Notes under the pieces: model-generated
What the model was told of the DNA's origin: nothing
The model's database searches: none
Seen by the model: the letters and a program-made list of their open reading frames with translations, nothing else
In this document: positions 37,366-46,128 of the stretch, one piece after another
How positions within the stretch are numbered: the stretch's first letter is position 1
Layout: every line of letters begins with the position of its first letter
Assembly (NCBI GenBank): GCA_035347995.1
Contig: DAOPQD010000005.1
Location: 6,433 to 70,432 of the forward strand
Length of the DNA: 64,000 bases
Source: Anaerolineae bacterium
GTDB taxonomy: Bacteria > Chloroflexota > Anaerolineae > B4-G1 > SLSP01
Reading direction: 5' to 3'
Position numbers and translations under genes: made by a program

Positions 37366-38046
37366 GTGACGGAGGCGCGGGCTCTATTTTCGAAGGAGAC
37401 GGCGCCAGAGTCCATTAACATTCTGGCAGTCTTCGGCGGACTCATCGTCCAGTACCTCGGCGCGGCGACCAGCGCCCTGGGATTCACGACGCTCATCTTC
37501 GCCATTCTGGAGCGGACGCTTTCCGAGGAAGATCTCACCGATCTCCAGGACGAGGAAAAATGGGATCCCCGCAAGCTGCCGCCGGTTGAGGATTCCAATC
37601 GCATCCAACCGGTGAGCATGGTCGCGGGCATCTGCTTCACCGTCCTGGCACTGTTGCTCTTCAACCTGTTTGCAGATCGGTTGGGCATCATCTACACCCA
37701 AACAGAGGGAGGATGGAAGGTCATCCCCGTGCTCAGCCCGGCAGCCATCAAAACCTTCCTGCCGCTGTGGAACCTCAGCTGGGTGCTGACGCTGGCGCTA
37801 GACGTGGCGGTCTTGCAACAACGGCGATGGAACACGACCACACGCTCGCTGGAGCTGGGGCTGAAAGGATTCACCCTCTACATCCTGGTGCGGATGTTTT
37901 CCGGCCCGGTGCTGGGGAAGCCGTTCGAGATGGAAGTGATCGAGCAAGTCCTGACGCAGGTGTATCGCTGGGCGCTGATCTTCGGCATCATCGGCACCGT
38001 CGTGGAGATCGCCCAATCCGGCTACCGGCTGATCCGCCAGCGCTGA
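37366..38046 (+). CDS. membrane protein partnered with PadR
   Basis: 226 aa, several TM segments, GTG start. Family not recognised. Confidence 0.6.
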   Translation: MTEARALFSKETAPESINILAVFGGLIVQYLGAATSALGFTTLIFAILERTLSEEDLTDLQDEEKWDPRKLPPVEDSNRIQPVSMVAGICFTVLALLLFNLFADRLGIIYTQTEGGWKVIPVLSPAAIKTFLPLWNLSWVLTLALDVAVLQQRRWNTTTRSLELGLKGFTLYILVRMFSGPVLGKPFEMEVIEQVLTQVYRWALIFGIIGTVVEIAQSGYRLIRQR

Positions 38047-38051
38047 GCTGC

Positions 38052-38087
38052 CGAGAGGAGTGAGCAGTGCCGTCGGCTCACTCCTCT
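38052..38087. terminator. 13-bp perfect hairpin between convergent genes (bidirectional terminator candidate)
   Basis: gagaggagtgagc-10 nt-gctcactcctctc. It contains the same GTGAGC/GCTCAC core as the leader and terminator units. Confidence 0.55.
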
Positions 38088-38114
38088 CTTCACATCTGTC
38101 CAACGGGAAGGGCT

Positions 38115-38657
38115 TTAGCGGCGCGTCCTCAGATAATGGGCATAGCGCTCACACGAACGCTCGATTTCCGCCTCCGCGACGGCGCGCCCTTCCCAACCCC
38201 GCGCCGTCGCCTTCACCCCCTGCAGGTCTTTGTAGACGGTGAAGAAATGCGCGACTTCTTCCAGAAAATGCGGCGGGATGTCCTTCAGCTCGCGGTAGAC
38301 GTCAAAAAGGGGATCGGTCGCGGGAACCGCCAGGATCTTGTCATCGTGCAGCTCGCCATCCAACATGCGGAAAATGCCCACCGGGCGGGCCTCGATGATC
38401 GCGCCGGAGGCCGTCGGCTCATTCGTCATCACCAACACGTCGGCGGGATCGCCGTCTTCGTACACGGTGCGCGGGATGAAACCGTAGTCTCCGGGATAGT
38501 GCAGCGAGGAGAACAGCACCCGATCTAGCTTGACGAACCCGCCTTCCAGGTCATAGACGAACTTGTTGCGCGAGCCCTTGGGGATCTCCACGACGACATA
38601 GACGACATCCAATCCTGCCCCGGGGCCGGGCGTTAATTCATGCCAGAGATTTGCCAT
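38115..38657 (-). CDS. ppa: inorganic pyrophosphatase (family I)
   Basis: VVEIPKGSRNK.E, HYPGDYGFIP, EDGDPADVLV. Start at MANLWHEL; an alternative ATG lies 15 nt upstream. Confidence 0.9.
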   Translation of the reverse strand: MANLWHELTPGPGAGLDVVYVVVEIPKGSRNKFVYDLEGGFVKLDRVLFSSLHYPGDYGFIPRTVYEDGDPADVLVMTNEPTASGAIIEARPVGIFRMLDGELHDDKILAVPATDPLFDVYRELKDIPPHFLEEVAHFFTVYKDLQGVKATARGWEGRAVAEAEIERSCERYAHYLRTRR

Positions 38658-38752
38658 AGCCCATACCTCCACTCATGGCTCACAGATGGTCTCACTGATG
38701 CATCCAGCAGCGCTCTTCGCGGTGAATGCCGAGGCCCTTTCCCTCGCGCGCC

Positions 38753-39775
38753 TCAGAACAGCGTTCCCTGCTCGGTGCGGGTGTAGGGAAGACCCAGGTG
38801 CTCATAGGCCAGGCGCGTCGCCGTCCGACCGCGAGGCGTGCGATCGAGGAACCCCAGCTGCAAGAGATAGGGTTCCACCACGTCCATGATGGTGTCGGCT
38901 GCTTCGCCGATGGAAGCGGCGATGGTTTCCAGGCCCACGGGGCCGCCATCGAATTTCGCGATGATGGCGCGCAGCACGCGGCGGTCGAGGTCATCGAGGC
39001 CCATGGCGTCAATCTCCAGGAGCGCCAGCGCCTCGGCAGCCAGCCCGGCGGTGATGACGCCATCGCCGCGCACCTGCGCGTAATCGCGCACCCGCCGCAA
39101 CAGGCGCAGCGCCACGCGCGGCGTCCCCCGTCCGCGGCGGGCGATCTCATCGCGTCCTTCCGGCGCCATCTGCACCTTCAGCGCGCGCGCGGCCCGTTCC
39201 ACAATCTCGGCCAGCGCCGCCTGCTCGTAGAAATCAAGCCGGTAGACGGCACCAAAACGGGTGCGCAGCGGAGCCGAAAGCAGCGCCAGCCGTGTCGTCG
39301 CGCCGATGATGGTGAAGTGCGGCAGGCTCAGGCGCACCGTCCGCGCGCCGGGCCCCTGCCCAATGACGAGGTCCAGCGCGAAATCCTCCATGGCCGGATA
39401 GAGGATCTCCTCCACCACCTTGCCCAGGCGATGAATTTCATCAATGAAAAGCACTTCTTTTTCGCGCAGGTTGCTCAGAATGGCGGCGAGGTCGCCGGGG
39501 CGCTCGATGGCCGGCCCGGCGGTGATGCGAATGGGCGCGCCCATCTCGTTGGCGCAGATGTGCGCCAGGGTCGTCTTCCCCAGGCCGGGGGGACCGTAGA
39601 AGAGCGTGTGCTCGAGCGCTTCGTTGCGTCCCTGCGCCGCCGCGATAAGGATGCGGAGATTCTCACGCACGCGCTCCTGTCCGATGAGATCATCCAGGTG
39701 TTGCGGACGCAACGCCCGATCCAGGGCCGCCTCTTCCGGTTCAGCTTCGGGTGATAGATTGCGATTATGACTCAT
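38753..39775 (-). CDS. ruvB: Holliday junction helicase RuvB
   Basis: [31 protein letters not shown]-terminal winged helix. Confidence 0.95.
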   Translation of the reverse strand: MSHNRNLSPEAEPEEAALDRALRPQHLDDLIGQERVRENLRILIAAAQGRNEALEHTLFYGPPGLGKTTLAHICANEMGAPIRITAGPAIERPGDLAAILSNLREKEVLFIDEIHRLGKVVEEILYPAMEDFALDLVIGQGPGARTVRLSLPHFTIIGATTRLALLSAPLRTRFGAVYRLDFYEQAALAEIVERAARALKVQMAPEGRDEIARRGRGTPRVALRLLRRVRDYAQVRGDGVITAGLAAEALALLEIDAMGLDDLDRRVLRAIIAKFDGGPVGLETIAASIGEAADTIMDVVEPYLLQLGFLDRTPRGRTATRLAYEHLGLPYTRTEQGTLF

Positions 39776-39867
39776 CGTGTTTTCCAGTATTTGCGCACAG
39801 GTTCAGCGCCGCAGACATGCCCGCCTTCCATCCGGTTCGAGAGGACCGGGACTGCCTGAAATCGAAA

Positions 39868-40559
39868 TCAAGCCCCACACCATTCGCGGCGCAGGATGCC
39901 GTAGAGCACCATGTCGCCGACTTCCCCATCGCGGAACAGGAATTCGCGGAAAACGCCCTCGCGCCGGAAACCCAGGCGCTCGCAGTCTGTCGGAGCAAGA
40001 AATGCCATCCCTAAATTGGCGGATTTTTGCGGCAGAAGTGGGGCGCAAGGCCCGAACCAAAGGTTAAGATCGTGCTTGAGTGGGACAGCACTCCGCAAAA
40101 CGTGTTCTCCCCGACAGACTGCTCGTAGAGCGCGATTGCCGGCGCATTGTCGGCAAAGACGGTGAGCTGTACGCGGCGCAAATTGAGCTCGCGGAAGGCA
40201 AAATCCAGCCCCAGCGTCATCGCGGCATAGCCGTAGCCCTGCCCGCGATACCCCGGCTCGCCGATGCCCAGGCTGATCCAACCGGTGCCATGATTCCAGA
40301 AAATGCCGTCCACTTCCAGGTAGCCGATGAGCGCGTCGTTTTCCAGAAGCCGCACCGCAAACGGGAACGCCGTCGGCGATTGTTGCTGCTCCTCGATGTA
40401 CTTGATCACCTCGGCGACGGTTTTGGGCATCGCCGGGGAGGCGTCATACCGGCGCATGAAGTCCGCGTCCTCATACCAGCGGGCGATGAGCGGATAATCT
40501 GCCGGGGTCACTGCCGCCAGCCGTACCCGCTCATCGCGCAGGAGGGGGACACAGCTCAT
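39868..40559 (-). pseudogene. GNAT (RimJ/RimL-like) N-acetyltransferase interrupted by a 138-bp insertion
   Basis: The N-terminal half (MSCVPLLRDERV..AIALYE) is in one frame and the C-terminal half (LGFRREGVFREFLFRDGEVGDMVLYGILRREW) in another. Removing 39983-40120 plus one GCTCG copy restores ..ALYERLGFRREG.. in frame. Confidence 0.75.
39983..40120. mobile_element. MITE-like insertion (10-11-bp terminal inverted repeats, 5-bp direct flank duplication)
   Basis: cagtctgtcgg (39983-93) and ccgacagact (40111-20) are reverse complements. GCTCG occurs at 39978-82 and 40121-25. No ORF inside. Confidence 0.6.
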
Positions 40560-40954
40560 GCCGCCGCCTTGGCCGGGGGTCGAGACAAGGCCCACTCCGG
40601 CGGGCGCTGCGGCAGGACATAGAGGAAATAGGTGCAGGGCAACGCCACGAGGGGTAGCACGACGCAGCCAATCCCCAGCAAGACGCGCGCCGTATCGTTG
40701 CCGGCCCGGTTCAGGATGATGTGGCTCAGGTAGAAGAGTTGCAGCGCCAGCCGGAACCACGAGCCGCCGACGGCGATGAGCATGAAGATCATGAAGATGA
40801 AGAAGAAAAGCGGCCCTGGAGTGTCGCCCCGCCCCCCCGTCAGCGGCGCGAGCGCCATCAACATCAGCCACGTGACAAACATCGCCAGCGGGTAGATCAC
40901 CACCCATAGGGTCGCGATTCCCACCAGGATCTTGAGCGGTTGCGAGAGTTTCAT
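40556..40954 (-). CDS. hypothetical integral membrane protein
   Basis: 132 aa, about 4 TM segments, ATGA overlap with the GNAT start. Confidence 0.6.
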   Translation of the reverse strand: MKLSQPLKILVGIATLWVVIYPLAMFVTWLMLMALAPLTGGRGDTPGPLFFFIFMIFMLIAVGGSWFRLALQLFYLSHIILNRAGNDTARVLLGIGCVVLPLVALPCTYFLYVLPQRPPEWALSRPPAKAAA

Positions 40955-40966
40955 AACGGCTCCTTT

Positions 40967-41383
40967 CTAAAGATGATAATCGCCCGCAGCTTCGGGCTGA
41001 TAGAGAATCTCCAGCACCCGCAGGTGACTGATGCCCGCGGGCACTTCCCATTCAAAGGTATCGCCCACGCGATATCCCAGCATGGCCATCCCGATAGGCG
41101 CGAGCACCGAAACCTTGTCCTGTGCAGGATCGGCATCCTCCGGGAAAACCAGCGTGACCGTCATCTCCTCCTCGAATTCCAAATCATACAAACGAGCTTT
41201 CGAGTTCATGGTGATGACATCCGGCGGGACCTCGGTGGGCGCGACGATCTGTGCGCGAGCCAGCTCCCCTTCCAGGCGGCGTAAGGCGTCGCGGTTGGCA
41301 TAACCGGTGCGGTGCAATTCGTCAATCAGTTCAGATAGACGGTGCTTGTCGAATTCGGTGATGTAAATAGCACGTTCGTTCAT
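40967..41383 (-). CDS. rnk: GreA/GreB-family protein, Rnk-like (regulator of nucleoside diphosphate kinase)
   Basis: 138 aa. C-terminal GreA-type domain VSVLAPIGMAMLGYRVGDTFEWEVPAG; short N-terminal helical part as in Rnk. Confidence 0.75.
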   Translation of the reverse strand: MNERAIYITEFDKHRLSELIDELHRTGYANRDALRRLEGELARAQIVAPTEVPPDVITMNSKARLYDLEFEEEMTVTLVFPEDADPAQDKVSVLAPIGMAMLGYRVGDTFEWEVPAGISHLRVLEILYQPEAAGDYHL

Positions 41384-41402
41384 CGAAAAACTCCCAATTC
41401 AA

Positions 41403-41894
41403 TCAATGTTGACGCAGAAACTGACCCAGGTCAGGGTTCTGCTGAATGGCAAAATTTCCATGCCCGAAGGCGTGCAGCAATCTCCGCGATTGAGGGCTGT
41501 GAAATTGGGGAGCAGAGCCGCGCGTGCAAATATACGCCTTCCAAGTCGTTTGTTGTCGAAGCGGTTGAGCATGATTAGCGTTGAAATGCGGCGCAAGCGA
41601 TTGCAGCGTGTTGATGACTTGCTCGATGGCATGCGTGATATCGCTTCCCTTCAGCTCTACAATGCAAATGGTAGTGGACGCGCTTCCCTCAGGCGTGTAG
41701 AAAACCAATAGATCGCTCAAGGCGCCGCAGATGTGCAGTTCGGCACGCAAGGCACAGGGACGATTTGTCTGATCGTCAATGGCAAACCATTTCCAAGTCT
41801 CACCCTGGCGCGGGGTAACGCGCACGACAATACCTCTTTCTCTGTAAGCATTTCCTGGGTGCCGACAGCGTTCGCGCATGGTTGAACAAGGCAT
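41403..41894 (-). CDS. hypothetical 163-aa protein with a PD-(D/E)xK-like motif (predicted restriction-endonuclease fold)
   Basis: ..LSDLLVFY-x13-ICIVELKGSDITHAIEQV... 2 nt downstream of the ATPase stop. AT-richer than its flanks. The ORF call is firmer than the nuclease assignment, which rests on motif spacing only. Confidence 0.55.
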   Translation of the reverse strand: MPCSTMRERCRHPGNAYRERGIVVRVTPRQGETWKWFAIDDQTNRPCALRAELHICGALSDLLVFYTPEGSASTTICIVELKGSDITHAIEQVINTLQSLAPHFNANHAQPLRQQTTWKAYICTRGSAPQFHSPQSRRLLHAFGHGNFAIQQNPDLGQFLRQH

Positions 41895-41896
41895 CG

Positions 41897-43315
41897 TTAC
41901 TCAACCGCTCCCACAACATCAAGGACATCAAAATAAATTTGAGAAATACGGTCAGAAACCCGCCCAAAAGTGCCCCAGTCAATATCGCCCTGTTCATCCA
42001 GAATGCTGTGCGCGGTCCCCTTCTCAAAAAGGTAAACCGCAACTTGTGCCTGTGAGAGTAAGGCCGCCTCACGTTTCAGGAAGAAATGCTCAGCGGCTTC
42101 AGCAGGTCTTGGATGGCGTGCACCGGCTATCAGGTTGGCCAGGTGATCCACCACATACGGGCTATGGGTAGTGGCCATCACATTGATCCCGGCATTGACC
42201 ATCATGCCGAGGAATTCCACTAACCGTACCTGGGCTTCCGGATGAAGATTCATTTCGGGTTCATCAATCACCACTAAATCGCCTTCAGTGGCCAAATACC
42301 GCAGATAAAATACCAGCGGCGCCAATTCTTTGACCGCTGAAGAGGCTGCATTGATACCCAATGCCCCGCCAGGAATCGAGAAATGGATGCGTCGTTCGAT
42401 ACTTGGCTCCGGAGTGGAAAAGTCAACCTTTCCCCCCAATAAGTCATGTTCCAAAATTTCGGCAAGCCGCAGGTATTCGTTGATCTCAGGCTCTTGGCGC
42501 GCCTGCTGTTCCCGTTGAACGCGCGTGCCAGTCAAAAGAGCGGTCGTCATCCACCCCTGGTAAATAGTAATAGGAAAATTCACCATGGTGCGTTTTAGAT
42601 TCTCTGTCAAATCCGCATAAGATTGCATAGTCGAGCCATACCCAGGCAAGCCCCGCAATAATTGTCCAACTTGTTCTAACTGGGGGAAAAAACCACTACG
42701 TTCTGTGGGAAACGGCCAAACGAAGGCATATAAACAACGGTGTAACGCGGCAAAGATATTTCGGGCCACAAATTCACGGATGATGGTAGGATGTAGATTC
42801 GAGGCTTCGCCTTCGGTGTAAAAGTACAACGTTGTATTGCCAGTTTCTTTTAGCGCGCGCAAAACACCGCCGACCTGGTCTTTGACTTTCAGCTCAGCTA
42901 ATTTGTCCCATTTTTCTGAAGTATAATCTACTGTGACTTGTAGCTGTGTTTGTTTGAAATTGGTAACTGGCGCGCCAATCACGGTTGGGAGCCAATCTTG
43001 AGCAAGTCTGGCAATGCCGTCAAAGTACATCTCCCCATAGCGTTCCGCAAACGTCAATAAATCAACCTGAGAATTTCCTTTTCTTGATAATTCTTCAATA
43101 ATAGTTTCTATAACAGGATAATTCTCTGAAGTTTTTTGTTCTTTGAACGCATTTAAGTATTCTAACCAGCCATAACCGAATAGCCCCAGAAGGTTAGCAA
43201 TGGCATTTGCGGTCCAGGTTTTTCCCGCATTGCTAGGGCCAACAAAAATCGTCAGTGGGCGCAGTGCTATCTCGGCGTTTTCAACCGGGCCTAAATTTCT
43301 AATACTTATTTTCAT
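41897..43315 (-). CDS. ABC-type (AAA_15/AAA_21-like) ATPase with long helical insert
   Basis: 472 aa. Walker A GPSNAGKT, Walker B/D-loop LVVIDEPEMNLHP, H-loop ATTHSP. AT-rich 5' end. Confidence 0.85.
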   Translation of the reverse strand: MKISIRNLGPVENAEIALRPLTIFVGPSNAGKTWTANAIANLLGLFGYGWLEYLNAFKEQKTSENYPVIETIIEELSRKGNSQVDLLTFAERYGEMYFDGIARLAQDWLPTVIGAPVTNFKQTQLQVTVDYTSEKWDKLAELKVKDQVGGVLRALKETGNTTLYFYTEGEASNLHPTIIREFVARNIFAALHRCLYAFVWPFPTERSGFFPQLEQVGQLLRGLPGYGSTMQSYADLTENLKRTMVNFPITIYQGWMTTALLTGTRVQREQQARQEPEINEYLRLAEILEHDLLGGKVDFSTPEPSIERRIHFSIPGGALGINAASSAVKELAPLVFYLRYLATEGDLVVIDEPEMNLHPEAQVRLVEFLGMMVNAGINVMATTHSPYVVDHLANLIAGARHPRPAEAAEHFFLKREAALLSQAQVAVYLFEKGTAHSILDEQGDIDWGTFGRVSDRISQIYFDVLDVVGAVE

Positions 43316-43329
43316 GATTTTTACTTTCT

Positions 43330-45972
43330 CTACTTCCGCGACTTGCGCCCCTTAGGTTCCCCCGTCACGAGCCGCTGCCACTCGTACAATTTGGTCAGCG
43401 CCTCGAGTGGGGTGAGGCTGTTCACATCCAGCGTGCGCAGCGCCTCGATCACGGGGTGCTCTTTGGCGATGAGCAGCGGCTGGAACGGTTCCGGTTCCGC
43501 CGCGCCGGGCCGAAATTCGCCGCTCTCCAGCTGCACCAGCAACGCCTCGGCGCGATGGACGACCGGCGCGGGCACGCCCGCCAACCGCGCGACGTGAATG
43601 CCATAAGAGCGATCCGCCCCTCCCGGCGCCACCCGGTGCAGAAAAACCACGTCCTTCCCCTCTTCGACCACCGCCAGGTTGAAGTTACGGACGTGCGGGA
43701 GATGCTCTTCCATCTCGATGAGCTCGTGGTAGTGCGTGGCGAACAGGGTGCGCGCCCGGCGCTCCGGGTGATTGTGAAGATATTCTACCACAGCCCACGC
43801 AATTGCCATCCCGTCATAGGTGCTCGTGCCGCGCCCGATCTCGTCCAGAACCAGCAGGCTTTGCGGTGTGGCGTGATTGAGAATCGCGGCCGTTTCCACC
43901 ATCTCCACCATGAATGTGGATTGTCCCGCCGCCAGCTCGTCGGAGGCACCGATGCGCGTGAAGATGCGATCCGCTATGCCGATCTGCGCCGCGTCCGCCG
44001 GCACAAAACTGCCGATTTGCGCCATCAACACGATGAGTGCGCTTTGACGAAGGAACACTGATTTCCCGGCCATGTTAGGGCCGGTGATGATGTGGATCCG
44101 ACTGTCCTCATCCATCCGCAAGTCGTTGGGGACAAAGGGCGTCTTGAGCGTGCGTTCCACCACGGGATGCCGCCCGGCGCGGATATCGAGCACTGGCGCG
44201 GACGTGAGGGTGGGACGGACGTAGTGATAACGCGCGGCGACTTCCGCCAGCGCCGCCGCCACATCGAGCCGGGCCAGCGCCGCGGCGAGTGCCAGCAGCT
44301 CCGCCGCGTGAGCGGCCACCTGCGCACAGAGCTCGCGGAACAGCCGCGCCTCCAGCTCGTTGATGCGCTCCTCGGCATTGAGCACCAGGCTTTCGTATTC
44401 TTTGAGCTCCGGCGTGATGTAGCGCTCCGCGTTGACCAACGTCTGTTTGCGGATGTAATCCGCCGGCACGGCCCCGGCATTGGCGTGCGTGACCTCGATG
44501 TAGTAGCCAAAGACCTTATTGTAGCCCACCTTCAGGGTCTTGATGCCCGTGCGCGCGCGTTCCTTGCCCTCCAGGGCAGCGATCCACTCACGGGCGTCCC
44601 GGCTCGCCAGGATGATGCCATCGAGTTCGGCGGAAAAGCCGGGGCGGATGAGGCCGCCGCCATTCGCCTGCGGCGGGGGGTCGTCTACCAGCGCCGCCGC
44701 GATGAGCGCGGCCACCTCGGGCAAGGGCGCCAGGCCTTCGGTCAGCGCCGCAAAGCCCGGGGGCGCAGTCCGCGCCTCTGCCACGAGGGCGCACAGCTCA
44801 GGCACCGTCTCCAGCGCGGCGCGGATGCCGACGAGGTCACGAGGAGGCGCTTTCCCCGCCGTGACGCGATTGACCATCCGCTCCAGGTCGGGGACTGGTT
44901 TGAGCAAACGGCGCACGGAGGCCCGCAACAAGCCCTCTTCCACCAGCCCCTGCACCTGATCCAGGCGCGTCTCCAGGGCGGTGATGTCGAGCAACGGACG
45001 TTGCAGCCGGTGCAGCAGCAGCCGGCCGCCCATCGCCGTCAACGTCATATCGAGCACCCCCAGCAACGAACCGTGCTTCTCGCCGCGCAAGGTCTCCGTG
45101 AGTTCCAGATTGCGCCACGTCGCCGGATCCATCGCCATGAAGTGCCCGGTCGAATACGTCATCAGCCCCACGATCTGCGGCAGCATCCCCTGCTGCGTCT
45201 CCTGCAGATACGCCAGGATCGCGCCGGCAGCCCGCACCGCCAGCGGCTTGCCCTCGCAGCCGAAGCCCTCCAGCGTGCGCACCCCGAAATGTTCCAGGAG
45301 CGTTTGCCGCGCGGTCGTCTCCTCGAAGCGGTAAGCGGCCCACGGCGTGAAATGCGCCGGCAACGACCCGGCGAGCGCCTCTTCGGGGGATGTTTCTGGC
45401 TGATCGGAAGCGCGCTCCTTCCACGAGCCGACCTTGGGGAAAAGCACCTCACGCGGCTGAAGGCGCGCCAATTCCTGCCGCGCCGCCGCGAGGATGTCGC
45501 CATCCTCGCTGAGCTGGGTCGCGCCGAACTCGCCGGTGGAAATCTCCGCGTAGGCGATGCCCGCGCGTTCGCCCTCGATCACCACAGCGGCGAGGTAATT
45601 CGGACGTTTCTCGTCGAGCAGTGCCGGCTCGATGAGCGTGCCGGGCGTGACAACGCGCTCGATGCGGCGCTCCATCGGCCCACGACCGTCAGGCTCGCCT
45701 ACCTGCTCGGCAAGCGCCACACGATAGCCTTTCTCGATGAGGCGGGCGACGTAGTTTTCTACCGCGTGATAGGGCACCCCCGCCATCGGAATGCGCACGC
45801 CCTTCGCCACCGGGCGCGAGGTGAGGACAATATCCAGCTCCCCGGCCACCAGTTCGGCGTCGGCGTCGAAGGTCTCATAGAAATCGCCCAGCCGGAAGAA
45901 CAGGATAGTGTCCGGATAGCGGGCTTTCAATTCCAAATATTGCTTGCGGATGGGGGTCGTGTCTTCACTCAT
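43330..45972 (-). CDS. mutS: DNA mismatch repair protein MutS
   Basis: Starts MSEDTTPIRKQYLELKARYPD. Also GPNMAGKS, STFMVEM, DEIGRGTSTYDG. The track ORF extends 35 codons further upstream without homology. Confidence 0.95.
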   Translation of the reverse strand: MSEDTTPIRKQYLELKARYPDTILFFRLGDFYETFDADAELVAGELDIVLTSRPVAKGVRIPMAGVPYHAVENYVARLIEKGYRVALAEQVGEPDGRGPMERRIERVVTPGTLIEPALLDEKRPNYLAAVVIEGERAGIAYAEISTGEFGATQLSEDGDILAAARQELARLQPREVLFPKVGSWKERASDQPETSPEEALAGSLPAHFTPWAAYRFEETTARQTLLEHFGVRTLEGFGCEGKPLAVRAAGAILAYLQETQQGMLPQIVGLMTYSTGHFMAMDPATWRNLELTETLRGEKHGSLLGVLDMTLTAMGGRLLLHRLQRPLLDITALETRLDQVQGLVEEGLLRASVRRLLKPVPDLERMVNRVTAGKAPPRDLVGIRAALETVPELCALVAEARTAPPGFAALTEGLAPLPEVAALIAAALVDDPPPQANGGGLIRPGFSAELDGIILASRDAREWIAALEGKERARTGIKTLKVGYNKVFGYYIEVTHANAGAVPADYIRKQTLVNAERYITPELKEYESLVLNAEERINELEARLFRELCAQVAAHAAELLALAAALARLDVAAALAEVAARYHYVRPTLTSAPVLDIRAGRHPVVERTLKTPFVPNDLRMDEDSRIHIITGPNMAGKSVFLRQSALIVLMAQIGSFVPADAAQIGIADRIFTRIGASDELAAGQSTFMVEMVETAAILNHATPQSLLVLDEIGRGTSTYDGMAIAWAVVEYLHNHPERRARTLFATHYHELIEMEEHLPHVRNFNLAVVEEGKDVVFLHRVAPGGADRSYGIHVARLAGVPAPVVHRAEALLVQLESGEFRPGAAEPEPFQPLLIAKEHPVIEALRTLDVNSLTPLEALTKLYEWQRLVTGEPKGRKSRK

Positions 45973-45978
45973 ACGCGC

Positions 45979-46007
45979 ATTATACCCGTGGGATAAAAAT
46001 CGGGCAA
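45979..46007 (-). promoter_or_regulatory. mutS promoter TTGCCC-17-TATAAT positioned for a leaderless transcript
   Basis: Perfect -10 at 45984-45979 (minus strand). Only 6 nt (gcgcgt) separate it from the ATG at 45972, and there is no SD. Confidence 0.45.
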
Positions 46008-46078
46008 GAATCACCGGAGGGCAAAATCGCTCTGGGGGGGCGCAGTCGCCCGTGACGTCTCGACGCGGGATAACCAAC

Positions 46079-46106
46079 AGTCCCCCTGAAGCGCTCCAGG
46101 GGGACT
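46079..46106 (-). terminator. hairpin downstream of the LysM gene (weak terminator candidate)
   Basis: agtccccctg / cagggggact 10-bp stem. The following minus-strand tract GTTGGTTAT is only moderately U-rich. Confidence 0.35.
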
Positions 46107-46128
46107 ATCTTGAGGATCAAGGGGACGG

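Noticed and set aside
37333-37368. Possible stop-codon read-through or fusion, because the PadR TAA is in frame with the downstream membrane-protein ORF.
   Set aside because: The frame coincidence has a 1-in-3 chance. A GTG start follows 30 nt later, and separate PadR and membrane-partner genes are the usual arrangement.
40011-41051. A 346-aa ORF spanning the GNAT N-terminus and running across the 40556..40954 membrane-protein gene.
   Set aside because: Only the part from MSCVPLL (start at 40559) has GNAT homology. The upstream 164 codons overlap the membrane gene in another frame and look like GC-rich noise. The 3' end is the frameshifted read-through into the MITE-like insert.
41384-43329. 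Calling the AT-rich ATPase/nuclease segments (here and at 59.7-61.8 kb) mobile genomic islands or prophage fragments.
   Set aside because: No integrase, transposase, tRNA target, att-like direct repeats or phage structural genes flank either segment. Only composition and context suggest horizontal origin.
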